A DNA stretch of 64,000 nucleotides from Raillietiella orientalis. Taxonomy: Eukaryota. The stretch is taken from the NCBI GenBank assembly GCA_036172245.1, contig JAYWIR010000023.1:1550001-1614000 (forward strand). Direction: 5' to 3'. Positions 48,855-61,760 of the stretch are shown piece by piece (position 1 is the stretch's first letter; every line of letters begins with the position of its first letter). Made by a program: the position numbers and the translations under genes. The notes beneath the pieces are model-generated. The model was not told where the DNA came from, ran no database searches, and was given only the letters and a program-made list of their open reading frames with translations.

Positions 48855-51350
48855 TGACACCCGGTCACGCCGGGGAGTTTATTTATAAAAAATAAACATA
48901 CATGTCTGTGGCAGGACGTTTGATCCTGCCACGTTACTAATAACTACGAGAGGAACCTGCCGGGAGCTGGCAGGCAAAGACAAACAAAAAGAAAAAAATA
49001 AAACAAAAAACATGCAGTCAAAAAAATGGGGAGTTTCGAGAAGGGGTCACTGTGTGCTGGAGGGTGTCCTCTGCATCCTTGTAAGAATGCCGGCAAATTC
49101 CTGTTTCAAGACTCCCAGATGGGACCATCTCGACGCTGTCCTCATGAAAAGGACAGCCAAATAAATGGCACCCCTGTCGTTCTGACCTCCTCTGGCGTTA
49201 CTGCTCCAGTCAGACACGATCCTGCGTAGGCGGCAAAGTGCTGCTAGAGATGCACCCTGCCGGAGTGAGGGCGTCTCTCAGGAATAGGCGCTTTAAAACG
49301 TCTCTGGAGTTGCCGCCGGGGTTCAAAGGGTCGCTCCTTCGCCTTCCGGGACGGCACCGGGGGGTAGGGGGTAGAGGCAAGAGGAACGGAGCAGAGCGAA
49401 CGTGTCCGAAAACACTAGGCTCCTCCCCCAAAAGAGTCGGAGGGCAACTAGGTGATGCGGGAAGGATTCCTGCTCCGCGCATCTCGCACAGTTTGGATCC
49501 ACACACATCCGTGTCCAATGATGCTGGTGGGCGCTGGGCGCCAGTGCAGCAGCATCGATGCCGACTCCTGCCACTTTAATGGGAGGGTGCGGGTGTTCAT
49601 GAGCACCGGAGCCACTGTAGGTCTTCCTCTGGAATACCCGATAGCACACCCCAGCGCAAAAGTCCATAGGGTCGAGCATCGTCGGCGAGCTGGTCCGTCG
49701 TTCACTCTCCCAGTCCTCTTCTCCTTCCGGAGATTTCCACAGTAACTTCCCATCTAGCCGTAAGGTTGCTGTTCATGTGTTCCCTAAGGGAGGGCAGCGC
49801 GGCGTCGAGGGAGGTTCTGCTCGCCCACGCATTCGTCACGGGATCTTCCGGGATCTCCCTGAGCTTGCAGTTGTTGTTGCGCGCGTGCAGGAAACGTCGC
49901 ACCTGTTCCGTTCTTGGCTTCTGGGTCCTCGCCCACGTGAGAAAGGTTCCCTGCAACCAGACACTCTCGTTCGCGAGAGGCACGAGATTCATCCGTTTTT
50001 CTTGGCCGGCGTGGCCATCTGCTGAAGCCACAGTCCTCAGTGGATGGGACTGCGTGGACGGCGCGCAAGGAAGGACGCGAGTCCCACTCTGCTGGTGGCT
50101 TGCTGGACGAGTAGACCTGCAGTATGGCACAGGTGGTGATGCATAATTCTTCCATGAGGGCGAGTGTCCGAAACTGGAGCTGCAGCTTTTCATTCGCTCC
50201 AGTGTCAGAAGGAGGTCTAGTTCGCCGTCCCGGCGAGGAGCACACGAGTCCTTCAGGCGGACTCAGGGCCTTTTTTTGCCCCAGGGAGCAATCCGGAAGA
50301 GGTTCTTTGTCCGCTTCCTAATGCTGCATGGCGGGGAGCAAGCAAAAAGCAGGGGACGGAGGAGGGGGGCCACGAACGTATTCCATGGTAACCACACAAC
50401 CACCAGGGCGGACTTGTGGTTACACCCCATCCTTTTCTCCTCCCCCTTCCCCGCAGAATGACGCTATTCGGCCCACAGACTTCGGGGGCGAGAGCACCGG
50501 TGGAAGCCAGATGCTCCCGTTGACTGGTCGGAATCGGAAGGCAACCCTCCGGGGTCCTTCCAGGACAACAATGAGTTTGGGGTTCTCCCCCTTTGTGCAA
50601 AAAAAGCCGATCCCCCCTTGCAAACCCCGGGGGGACCCTAGAAGGTGGTTTCATCGGGAGAGTTCTCTCCAGAGTATCGAAAGCGTGATTTTCCCTTCGG
50701 GGTTCTCCCGAGAAGCGGTTCCCTTGTGGGTTTCCTCCGGGGAAGAAATGGCGAGCAGTCCCCGCAAACCAGGAGAGCCTTATGGATATAATGAGGTAGA
50801 GGTTCCCTCAAGGTCTCCTATCCCTCGGGTGAGGCAGGTAAGAGGGAACGGTTCTGGAACCTCCCTGGATTAAGTAGGGTAGTTCCTACGGGGTTGTCCC
50901 CTAACTGAGTCGCACGCAACCCCGGATGCCACGAACAGCAGCAGTTTAGGAGCTCTGTATGAACCACCGTGTGGCGGCATCGTCCAGCCTCTCCGATGCC
51001 CCCCTAAGGGGGCGAACGGTTCTCCGGGATTTCTTGAGGACCAAAAAAAAAAACGAGAACGCCATCGTCTCTAGGGCCGCTCCTTAAGATGAACCCTCTG
51101 AGGCGCCGCCAGCAGGAACCTCGAGACTGCTGCTGCTGCTCTTTCTCTCGGAAGCCTCGGCGACCGCGGATCAGGCTGCCGTCATGGAAAGGAGCGTCTC
51201 CTTGGAGACGGAGGATTCCTCCAATGGCGACGAGAAGGAGGGGAGGGAATTTTCTGGCGCCTGCGCCTACGGTGGGATCGATGCGGAGCACTCGCGGCTG
51301 CCGCCGCCGTGGCTCGGACAGCTTCAAGATGTGTACGGAGGAGTGAATTC
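48855..51350 (-). mobile_element. L1/Tx1-like LINE relic (RT, thumb, zinc finger, 3' terminus)
   Basis: On minus: LVLKKSRRTV (lD.kKAfdtV), NLFRIAPWGKK / RLKDSCAPRRDGELDLLLTLER, LPLKWQESASMLLHW, HWTRMCVDPNCARCAEQESFPHHL and SLKQEFAGILTRM. Then a T-rich UTR, a hairpin at 48908-48932 and AATAAA-ctcc-CCGGCG-tga-CCGG. Close sibling of 58930-61760. Confidence 0.82.
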
Positions 51351-54300
51351 GGCCGCTCTATAAAGAGCGGCCGGAAGAGCAAGAACGAAAAGCAGCTCTC
51401 CCGGCGAGTCAGGGACGGGACTCTCCTCCCGATCCTCTTCCTTCGGGACGCCTCTCGCCTCCGTCCTCCTCCACTCCTCCCACGCAGAGGGTGGAGAGGA
51501 GTGGAGGAGGGGTATGGGCGCGCGATGCGTCCCTCGAGGCTCCATCCTCCCGCTCCTTCGGGAGAGACCGCGGTGTGGCCGCCCTTGAGGAATGCGCGAC
51601 GGCGCGTTGCGTCATGGCGAGGAGGGAGGGGAGGAGCAAGGAACGGGAGAGAAGGACCGAGGAGGCCCGGACAAAACGCGCGCGCGCGCGCGCTTTCTCG
51701 AGGCTACCGCTGCTTTTGCGGAAGGAAAAGATGAAGGGGGGGGGGGAGGAGGGGTTTCTGCAGCTTTCGGACGGAACTTTGACCTCGCCCGCCCTCCTTA
51801 TCTGCCGTCTTGCGTTCCTCCCGGCGGATTCCCAAAGCCGGGACGCATTTTCTCCTCGTCCTCGCCTGGGATCGGCGGGCCACTCCCGACCCCCCGCTGC
51901 GGGCTACAGACAGTCCTCTCTCTCCCCTCTCCACTCGTAGAGTCTGAGGCACCTGGATCGCCAGCGCGCGCGAGTGCTGCGCGTGGGACCGTTCGGATCC
52001 ACACGCTGCCGCCGCCACCCTACGGGGGGAGAAAGGGAGAGAGAGAGAGGGAAAAGCTGTTGCTGGGAATCGGATCGTGTAGTAACCTGGCGGCGTTCCA
52101 AAAAACCTGGCGCTTCATGGCCGTCGCCCCCCCTCCTCCCCTTCGTTCCCTGGAAGAAACGGCGGCGCGAGGACCTGGCTAATTGGAAAGGAAGGCTGGC
52201 GCCCCCTCGCGTGGCCTCCACGCTGGTGCCGTCCGCCCTTCCCTTCCGGATTCGGGGTCATCTTTTGCCATTTCCCTTTTTTTCTCTCCCTCTTTTTTTT
52301 TTGGCTTCGTTGAGCCACGTTCGGGGCACCTGACGTCACGGCCTATCCGGGATTCTTCTTCCGCGATATGCTCACTCTCCCCCTTCCTCCCTTCCGCGTC
52401 CGGGCGAGGTCCACAAACGGCGGGATGCCACGGAGAAGGGCCGGAAAGAAGCAGAGAAAAAACTTTTCCCCGGTCCCGGCTTTGCTCCGCGACGGGGATA
52501 AAAATAGCATTACGAGGGATGCCACTCCCCCTTTTCCACAGCCTACGCAGAGGCCCAGAAAACGCAGGGGCGGTCGTCAGCTCTTCACATCCTGAATCGA
52601 GCACGCCCCTGACCCAGCGAAAAGAAAGAGAAACAAACGGGAGAGATGATTCCGGTAGACTCGGGAGTTTCACCCCACTCGGGAGACGTCTGGGTCGGCA
52701 CCTGACCCAAGCATTTTTCCAGAAGCCAGTCAACCGTCCAGGAGTGGGGAATCTGCAGGGAGGCCGCAGCGGTGCACCGAGAGCACCTCGTTCGGAAGGA
52801 GGCGGAGGAGGCGAAGGAGACGCGCCACGCTCTCCTGAACCACCCCTTCCGCCTCGAAACAAGCATGACGGCGGCGGGGAACGGTGGGGTAGCGGATCGA
52901 GGAGGGGACAGAGGTAAGGTCTGCCAAGCACCACAGCAGCGCGCAGGGATGGGCATCCCAGCCGGTAGCCACTCCGAGATGGCGCTTCAAAGAGCGGCCA
53001 ACGGACTTCGGGATGCTTTTCGCGTGTTCAGCGGACGGACGAAAATCTTCCTCGCGTGTAACCCCCGCGACCTCGTGTGACCTCTTCCTCTTCCTTACTT
53101 CTCCTCTTGCTCCCACGTCTCCTCCCGAGTGCCTCCCTGTTACCTGCCTCGGACCATTGCTCACAAAGAACAAGGGAGAAGCCCGAGAACACTTCTCCCA
53201 CCTGGGAAGCCCGAAGCTGCCGACCGAGAGCGAAGTTCCTTCATCCACCGAAGGCAGCTCTGCCTTCGGGCTTGGTCGAGAAAGCGCGTGGCTCCCTCCT
53301 CGAGGCGTTCTAGAGTGGTTTCACTTGCGTGACACCGTGCCGCAGGCTAAAAAAACACCCCTGGGGGAGGGACACGAGGCGAAAGAAAACGGCGGTCCCT
53401 CGCTGCTCTCCTCACTCGTGGACCTCCGACCGAGCAGTGGCGGTGGGTGGCGAATGCCCCCTTCCGGACGGGCCGCTCGCTTCCCCGTGAGGGAACGAGA
53501 CCTCGCCTCCGAATGACCAAATGACCATCGAATGTGCACTCTGGAAGACGAAGTGCGCTCTCCCGCGAGACCATCAACTGAACGAAGAGATCGGATCTCT
53601 TCCCGCAGGAAGACCTGCTCTTCCAGACGTGGGACTCTGTGAACGGTCAGTATTCTAATCGAGGACGGAAGCTGAGACGGAATGGTTGCCAGTTGAAAGC
53701 TTTCCCCGACGTAGGGATTTCCAGAAACTTTGGCCTTCCTCATGCCTTTGCTTTCGTTTCGTTCCCTCGGTAACAGAAGACGCGGAAGAGAGCTCATGGA
53801 ATGGACAGGGGCGGAGCCATGGCTGACCAAGGAAGCTCTCAGGAAAGCCTTGAGGCGCCTTCAAGGTCCTTTCCTGGAACGAATGCGAAAGTACAAGGAA
53901 GCGGGAAGGAACTCCCAACCCTCACTGTACCCCACAGCACAGTTGGGAACGGCATCTGAGCGTTGTCGGCCTTCCCCAAACATCGTCGCTCTGACAAAAC
54001 CCTTCAAGGACGTCCGCGGACCACCATTAGGAGGAAGAGAAAGCAAGTTCTCCCCTGCCCTGCTGATGAAAGCAGGAGTAGGTCCTGCCGCCCCAGCGCA
54101 TGGATCAGCAAATCCGCTGCCGATTCCCGAACGCTGAAGATGGTTTATCAAATCCCTGTTTTCCTTCTCCATCTCTTACGCATGCGGGGCAGCTCAGCGT
54201 TCAGCACAGCACTGAGGATTTACGAACCTTCTCTGAAGAGCTGCTAAGCGCGAAGAAGTGAAGACCGGAAGAGAGACACGTCCGAGGACTCGAAACTGGT

Positions 54301-55199
54301 TTCCCCCTCCACGTCTATTCGATGGCACTCCCCGCCTTGTGTTCCCCCGCATGTCCTGTAGCGTGCTCCTACGCTCTTGTCTTTATGGCCACGGCTACCG
54401 GATGCTCTTCGCCACCTCCGGAGGCGAAGCAGCAAGGTTTGGCACGAGGAACTCGCGCAGAGGAAGCGCCTGGTTGCGACGACCACTCCGCTTCCTTTGG
54501 GTATCAGAAGGGCGCGCGACCCGGAAAAGCAGCGAGAGAAAGATGAAGCACCAGCAGGGGCAGCGAGTGGAGATCTCCATTGGGATTGGAGTGGACGAGA
54601 GGCGAAGAACTAGTTCCAACCTCCCAGAAACAGATCACGTAATCGAGAAGAACTCGCACGAAACACGGGGCAGAGGAGAGTCAGAAGCGTGCTCCGCGGC
54701 TCTCGGTCACGAAACCTGACCAGGTAATAACGGCGCCGAGGCTCCCTCCCCGTACACGGAACGCCGGTGCCGTCTTCGGAAGAAAAACCCGCTTGCCTCC
54801 TCAAATCCTCTGTTCCCGTCCGCACCACTCCCAGAACCGCTTTGTCATTGATTCCCCCCCTCCCTGCCATCTTCCCGGGCGTGGTACGAGATACGATGAA
54901 TCCCATAAAAGGGAACCTGTTGTGACGGGAGGCGAGAGTTGGGTGTGGCAGGAGCTGATGACTGACGCAGATGAGCTCGTTTAAAGGTGCGCAGGACAAT
55001 GTTCCGAGGTGGCGGCAGTCGCTGTCTCTGAGCTTGAAGTTCGGGAGTAGTCTGAAGACCTGGCGAAGAAGCGAAACCATGGAATCGGTCGCTTGCTGAG
55101 ACGCGTTCCAGGAACGACGCGGTGATAAGGCAACTTCGCGATCGATGCAGACAGAGGAGACGCAACATCTTATGGGAGCAGTCGAAGCAGAGAGCAAAG

Positions 55200-58100
55200 A
55201 GAGCGGGATGCCCGAAACGGGACCCGAAAGAAGTAAGGATTGGATCCCTGCTCTCCCACGTCAACTGGGCCGGGCAAATGGAAGCCATGCATCTCTACCC
55301 GAGGAGAGCGTGCAAGTTGCCGGTGTCCTATTTGTTCCGTGTGTTTCTTTTTTTGTCGGTGGAGAGTAGAAACTTTTCTGCAAACAGTGCAAGTCCATTC
55401 CGTGACGATTGGAATGCACTTTTGGTGTCCGCTCAAAGAATTCATCCAACCTGACTGGTTGAAGGATGCCGATGCTCGTGCGATCACGATGATATATTGT
55501 GCTGGCAGTTACGGACCAGGATTTCGGTTCCCAAGGTTGGTGAGCAAGTCCACAAGCAAAGGAGGAAAAACATGCACGTAGAGATTCGGGGCCGATGACG
55601 AAACACTTGAGGAGACCTGAAAGCGACGAAGAATTACGAAACGCAGCAGAATGGGATTTTATCGCATGCTTAAAGCACGCCATCGCATCCGTTATGAAAT
55701 GCGTCGCCTCCAGGATTTGCAATGTCCTTAAAGAATGTTTTCGTTTCGGTTCTCTGGAGTGAGACTCGCTACTTTTTGTTTGGGTCACTCCGACTACAAA
55801 TGCAAGTTGGGCAGGCAGAGACCACTTGAACCGATTCCTGTTTTGCGCAGACGGTTTTCTCATGTGTCAAACCCCACGCTCACCTTTGGCCACTTGCGCC
55901 GCGCGTGACTCTTACTTAGCAGTAAATGTTTCCATCCAGTTCGACACACTTAGATAAACGTATCCCATATCGGTTAACAGCAGACATTCTTGGACCTTTT
56001 TTTCAGGTCAAACTGCTGTTCCACTATTCAGTTTGAGCAGATCTTCGGCTAGTGTAGATCTGCTGAAGACTGCAATCGCATGTTTTTTTCTTTTGTCTCA
56101 TTCCTTTCAGAATCTTGAAAAGCTAAGAAAAGCTGATAGAAGATAGGGAAAACATTATTAGAAGTTTTGCTTTCTGATTTCAAAGCCGGATGGAGCCGTA
56201 TTTGAAAACCTTTAGAGAAAACTAAGAGAGAAATCCTAACGTAAGGTCGCGCACGTACTGCAATATGTCATTTCCTAAAGGAAGTGATATGAAAGTTGGA
56301 CAATCGTAGTGGCCTAAAGCGCTGCCATCCATTTCCACGTGATTTTTTTTTTTCCTCGATCGACTCGTGTTAGAATCTGACTAGTGAGAATGGCCATCCC
56401 GTTAAGAGGAACTCTAGGGAGAACTCTTTTGCACAGAATCACCTGTCTTAATGCTGCACACGATGCTCAGGAAGCGATGGAGAGCAGAGAGTGTTTTTCG
56501 AATGAGCCCCACACTGGTTACCATGTAATTTTAACTGGGACTTTTTCCGGAGGCGAGCAGTGGACTAAGTACTGTTTGCAAGCCATTTCCTTTCGGAAAA
56601 AAAATTAATTACCACGTTTCCCTGACATTTTTCCTTTAGATTTCGCTTTCTTGTTTTCGAAAGAAATCCCAATATCCACTTTTGGTCGTACATTTTCTCT
56701 CTGATTTCATCTTCCCTTTCCAGACAAGATCCTTTTGGTTTCGGATCCTCCAGATTTCCCGCGGATCTTTAATGGAAATCATTATTCTCACACTTAAATC
56801 TGCCTAAATGTCATCAGTCACAGATGATAGCTCTCACATAATAGCTTCATACAATACTCGAATATTCGAATTCTCTAAATTGCATTTCGGAAACATCTTG
56901 TTGCTGTTACAACTGTGTCTATGCACGTTCTATTTTCATCCACGTTTCCTTTGATTCTCAACCGGAGTTTTTCTTTCTTACTCGTTGGAAAATCTATCGA
57001 AAGTTTCGGAATCATCGCAACCTACAAAACGTCACGCCCTATTCAAATAGCCTCCATTTTGGAGCCCAGCACATCTGGAGTACTATAAAATGGTGGGGAC
57101 CTTCACAAACCACAGAAGTGGTTCCCACTTTTTGCAAACGGAGCTCTAACCAGGTGATGAAGGAATGGTTTTCCATGAGGCTCCTGGTATTCCATAGCTC
57201 CCTACGGTGCCATTCTACTCAGCGCCACCGGGTCGTTTCTGATATTTGATTAGTTGATTGGCAGCAGTTCCTCTTTGGATAAATTTTCCTGAAGAGCTCC
57301 TAATTATTGGAAGCTTTCCTTTAAGTAATTCCCATTCAACGGAAAATTTGCATGCCTCACTCTGTCACTCTAGATGCTAATCTGGTACAAGGAAGATTTC
57401 GTTTTGCTGATGTGATTGGAGTACAAAGGTCTGTTCTTCATTAACCACGAACGCAAACACGAACGCAGGCCATGGTTAGCCGGCGAATTCTGCGATCTGA
57501 AAGTTGAGATCCGAGCAACTTGTGGTGAAGAGTTTCAAGCTTCGCTCTGCATCTGCGTCTTTGTCGGCCATCTCAGTCAGAGCCTGCATTCACAGATAAG
57601 CACGCTTAACGAAATTTGGCGAATCTCGTCCACGTGAAGCAACACAATCCGTTAATTGCGTGAAACTGAAATAAGAGCCAGTCTACTGTTTTGCAAGATC
57701 AGCAGATAGTTCTACAAATTGATTGCTTTGATCTACAAATTGTTCTTCGTACTGTTAGCAGTCAGAAACGAATAAACTACCATATTGATGCGTCGCAACT
57801 GAAACTGTCCTTTTTGTTTTTTAGGAAAAAAAATTTCAGATCGGAGCGAGAGAAGCAAATTAGCCTTGACTTAAGGAAGAAGGATTTCCAATCGATCACA
57901 TTGGGCCTACTGTTTTATTCAGAAATTCTTACTGTCTGGTGTGCCACTGAAGATATGCTCGTGAAAACCGAGCTGCTCCTTGGTTTAGGAACTGCATTTC
58001 AGGAGAATGACTCACTTGCCGTCTCAGAAGCACCACATTTTCTTAAATTAAGGACTCAGAAGCAGCACTCCTCGAAGGTGGCTTCGAAGGAAAGAGTTTT

Positions 58101-58600
58101 TACCGCCTTGTTTGCTGCTCTCTTCGATTCTGCCTGTTATTTTCATGGCTTCCGTTGGCAATCATCAAAGAAATCGTGAATTCAGTCCCAATACACACAT
58201 CTTATGGAATCTTAGCGAAACTCACTCGTTTCGCCTGAAGGAACACCTGTTTCACGAACTATCAGGGATTGTGTAGGACATTTTTATTCACCACTGTGCT
58301 TTGGGCGTGTCCACAAAGATATTCATTAAAACAAATTGCCTTTCGGAAACTATTACTGAGATCAGGCACTCTTTCTTATTTCCTAATTGTAATGGACCAC
58401 TAGAGTGTTGCAGGTCATTTTTCATCCCTGTACTTCCGCGTCACAAAGTGATCCCTGAGATTGGAGCTACCAAACCGACTCTGCTTCGGGTCCAATCCGA
58501 ACAGATTGTCCGATCGCACTTCCATCCTTCTTTTCGGATGATCGAGTGATCGGCAGTAGTCTTGACCGATTTCCTTCATGTACAACACGAACTCCAAAGG
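55200..58600 (-). mobile_element. Highly decayed, AT-richer LINE ORF2 relic
   Basis: On minus: LQENLSKEELL (about 57270; it.eEl), PKWRL (about 57055; nWRPi) and KGNGLQTVLSPLL (about 56560; rG..Q..LSPLL). Confidence 0.45.
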
Positions 58601-58929
58601 TAGCTTTGCGTCAGAAACGGGGTGGAAAAAACAAGACCGACGTCAAGTTCTGGAAAAATACAGGCGATATATCCTTCTTTCTTGACGAGACAGTCCCATA
58701 TTACCGATACTTGATTTTCCGATCATCTCCGTGTAAAAAAACATAAGATGATTTCATGTCATCTCGTGGAAAAAGATGCAGAGTAACGAAGGAGCAACAA
58801 ATGGCTGACTAAAAGGGGTAGGGACAAGAACAGCGAAGAGAGTGCAGGTAACATCCGCTTGCATGAGAAGACAACGTTGCACCTTTAGTCTTTGGACCTC
58901 AGTAAATAGACAGAGCGAATGGAATCTTC

Positions 58930-61760
58930 GTGAACGTTAGGAATGCTGGCGGCAACACCCAAGAGCTTCGAGCATGGCTTTCCAGGTCTATGGGCAAGTG
59001 GAGTCTTCAAGCGAGCATGTTGACGATCCAGCTCAGACGCTGGGAAAGGGGAAAGAGGCCACCCAGAGGCGTTTTCAGCCCGGTCACGCGGGATGTTCCG
59101 GCGTTTCTGAAGTGTGCAGGGGCCAAACATCTTCCGATCTGAGCTTCCACCACACTCTCCAGTTGCGTCTCCTCAGGCGTTCGCTTGTGCCGAGCCAGAG
59201 CTGTCTCCCCGTCCACCTGACCGACTTCCGCGGCTGCGGCGGTTCTTCGCGCTAGAAGGACTTTCGACAGTCGCGATAATTGCAACGATGGATGGTCGCA
59301 TCCGTGCCATCGTCATGGCTCGTTATGTGCTGGAGACGATGGCGAGGCGAAGGAAGGTCACCGAGAGATGGCAGCACCGCCTACATGAGGACGGCCGCAA
59401 GGTGGCCTTACCTGCAACAGGAAGTCAAAGGGATCGTCGACATCTGGCGTCGGTTCCGAAGTTAAGGAACGGCGGACACGGATGACCATTGTCCACGGCA
59501 TCCCATTATTTTTCCCGTTTTTTTTTTCTCTTTCCCCACTCCCTTTCGCTCCGTACCTTTCCCGGTTTTTGCGTATTGATCCCGCTGTATGCAGAGCGAA
59601 CCCAAAGCCCTTGTCCCATTCCCACGGATTTCCTCATCTTTTTGTCCCCCCCCCTCCTCACCCTCTCCCTTTCTGGAATCCCCGTTGTCTAGAAGCGGAA
59701 GTTCCACTCGAATTCGAGAGTGGCGCGCAGAGACGGCAAGCCTCGCCGTCGGCCACAAGCCGGGAAGTGGACGAAGAGAAAGGGAAGAAAAAGATCTCCT
59801 GAGGTGGAGGCCGGTGGGAGATGTCGGTCCGGCTCGACGGGGCGGGATCGGTCCACGAAAGGGAGGCAGGGAGATCGGGTCAATAACCCGAGATCGTGCA
59901 CTCTTACGACCGCCAGCGGAGCGAAGCGATTCGTCGCCGGAGGGGCAACCTGTGAGACTTCCCCGTGATTCCCGGCGCCGCAGAATCTCGTGAGGCCCGT
60001 TCCCCACCCGGACCCTTCCATTTTCCGAGAACCGATGGCCAGGGAGGGCGCTGCTCTCGTCTTTCTGCCGGCCCGCGAACTTTCCCGGAAGAGCTCCTGG
60101 CCGCAAACGGGACCGGCCGTGCCCTACGGAGAAGGCAGGGGGCCTTCGCTACAATTGGGGCCCTGAAAGCCCTCGTGTGGGGAAGCGGAAAGGGATCAGG
60201 GTCTCTCTTGCTTCTTTGGAAGGCTTTACTGAGCCCAGGAGCTGGTCGCCCCCGTCCTGGACCTGACTCTCCTGCCTCCCCATCTCCTTCGGTGTCCACC
60301 CGTTCCTGCCGCCTCCGCCAAGGACCTCGGGACAAAGGACCTACTCCGCATCGCCCTCTGGGGCAAGGGGAGGCCTAGAGTGCCTCTGAAGGACTTATAC
60401 GCTCCGCGTCGGGACGGCGGTCTTGGTCTCCTGACGCTGGAGCGCTTGGAAATCCAGCTGCGATGGCGCACCTTGGCCATCGCAGCGAAGTTGTGGAGCA
60501 CCTCTTGGTGCGTTCCGGCCCGCCTTCTTGCCAGCCGTGTCTCCAGGATGCAAGGACTAGCATCTTATCTTCTGTGCTCCGGCCGGAAGATACGAAGATG
60601 CGGCCTGCTCTTTGGACGCATGTCCACCTTGGCTAAGGAGAACGGCTGGATGGTTTCTAGCCCCACCAACTCCTCCGCATGGCTGGAGGAGACCGCTGGC
60701 ATGTGGGCGAAGTTGAATGAGAAGAACCACGAGACGTGGAACTGCCTGCGAGTCGGCTCCTACGCCCGCCGCACTCTGCGTGAAATTCTTGAATTTACAG
60801 CGAGTTGCACGTGGACGGAAGGGACACCCCTTGCTACGGCGATGCCCTTCCTCCGGAGGGCGCTTCACCACAGCCGGAAGCCGAGGTGGCAAGTCTGCTG
60901 CCGTATCGCAGGCAGAGAGAAGATGATGAGCGGCTGGACCATGGGAGAGCTGACAGCCTCTACGACCCCTAGTGTCCAGCCGAGAGGATTAAAAAGATGG
61001 AGCGAGCTGCTCGGCATCCTGTCGGATGACCTGAAGTGACCCCTGGTTCTAATTGGATCCAGGATTCTTACCCTGAAGTGGCAAGAGTCGGCGCTTCTGT
61101 GGCTGCATTGGGGTCTACCCTGCAGCGCGCGCCGCTTCCACTGGACGCGGGGAAGAGTAAATCCTGCGTGTGCCAGGTGTGGGGAGCGGGAGTCCTTCCC
61201 CCACCTCCTAGTTGACTGCCTTGCCCTCCGGATTCTTTGGGATCGTCTTGGAACGGCCCTCGGGATACCGGTTCGCGGCAACCCCAGGAATGTTTACAGT
61301 CTTCTCTTCGTGCGGGACGCCCTGAAGCCAGCCGCAGCCCTCGCAGCACTTTGCTGCATCCGTGGTATTGTAGCTGCCTGGAGTGAAGCCGAAGATGAAG
61401 ATTCTACCGTAACGGACGTCATCCCATATGCTGTTCGCTTCCTGCGGAGAGCTACTGGATGGCCCCGGCTGGGTAGCTTGAAGGAGGACCTCGAGGGTAT
61501 CCTGCTAAAGATGGACCCTCCTCCCAGTGGGCAGTGATCACTTCCCTCCCCTCCAAAAACTCTTTTTTTTGATTACTGGTTTATTTTTCTTTTTGTTTTC
61601 TCCCCTCTTCCCCTTCCACTGCTGAGGAGAGTCACGCTGGTCTGCGTACCAGCGTCCCGGCAGGTCCGTCGAAATGTTGGCCGTTAGTGGGGCCTTATAC
61701 CACGTAATGTACTGACCGTTGAAATGTTTTAATAAATGTCCCGGCGTAGCCGGTTGGCAT
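58930..61760 (+). mobile_element. Best-preserved L1/Tx1-like LINE relic in the window (5'-truncated: RT, thumb, CxxC-H-C finger, 3' UTR)
   Basis: ELP...SPQAFA...VAIIATMDG...YVLETM...RWQHRLH...RNGGHG*PLS (RT motifs to QGcPLS); LLRIALWGKGRPRVPLKDLYAPRRDGGLGLLTL; LTLKWQESALLWLHWGLPC...PACARCGERESFPHLLVDC; LKEDLEGILLKM. T-rich UTR, AATAAA at 61731, hairpin CCGGC-GTA-GCCGG at 61741-61753. Confidence 0.85.

Noticed and set aside
57691..58179. 162-aa + strand ORF in AT-rich DNA
   Set aside because: No ATG start or recognisable domain, and it lies antisense within a probable decayed LINE.
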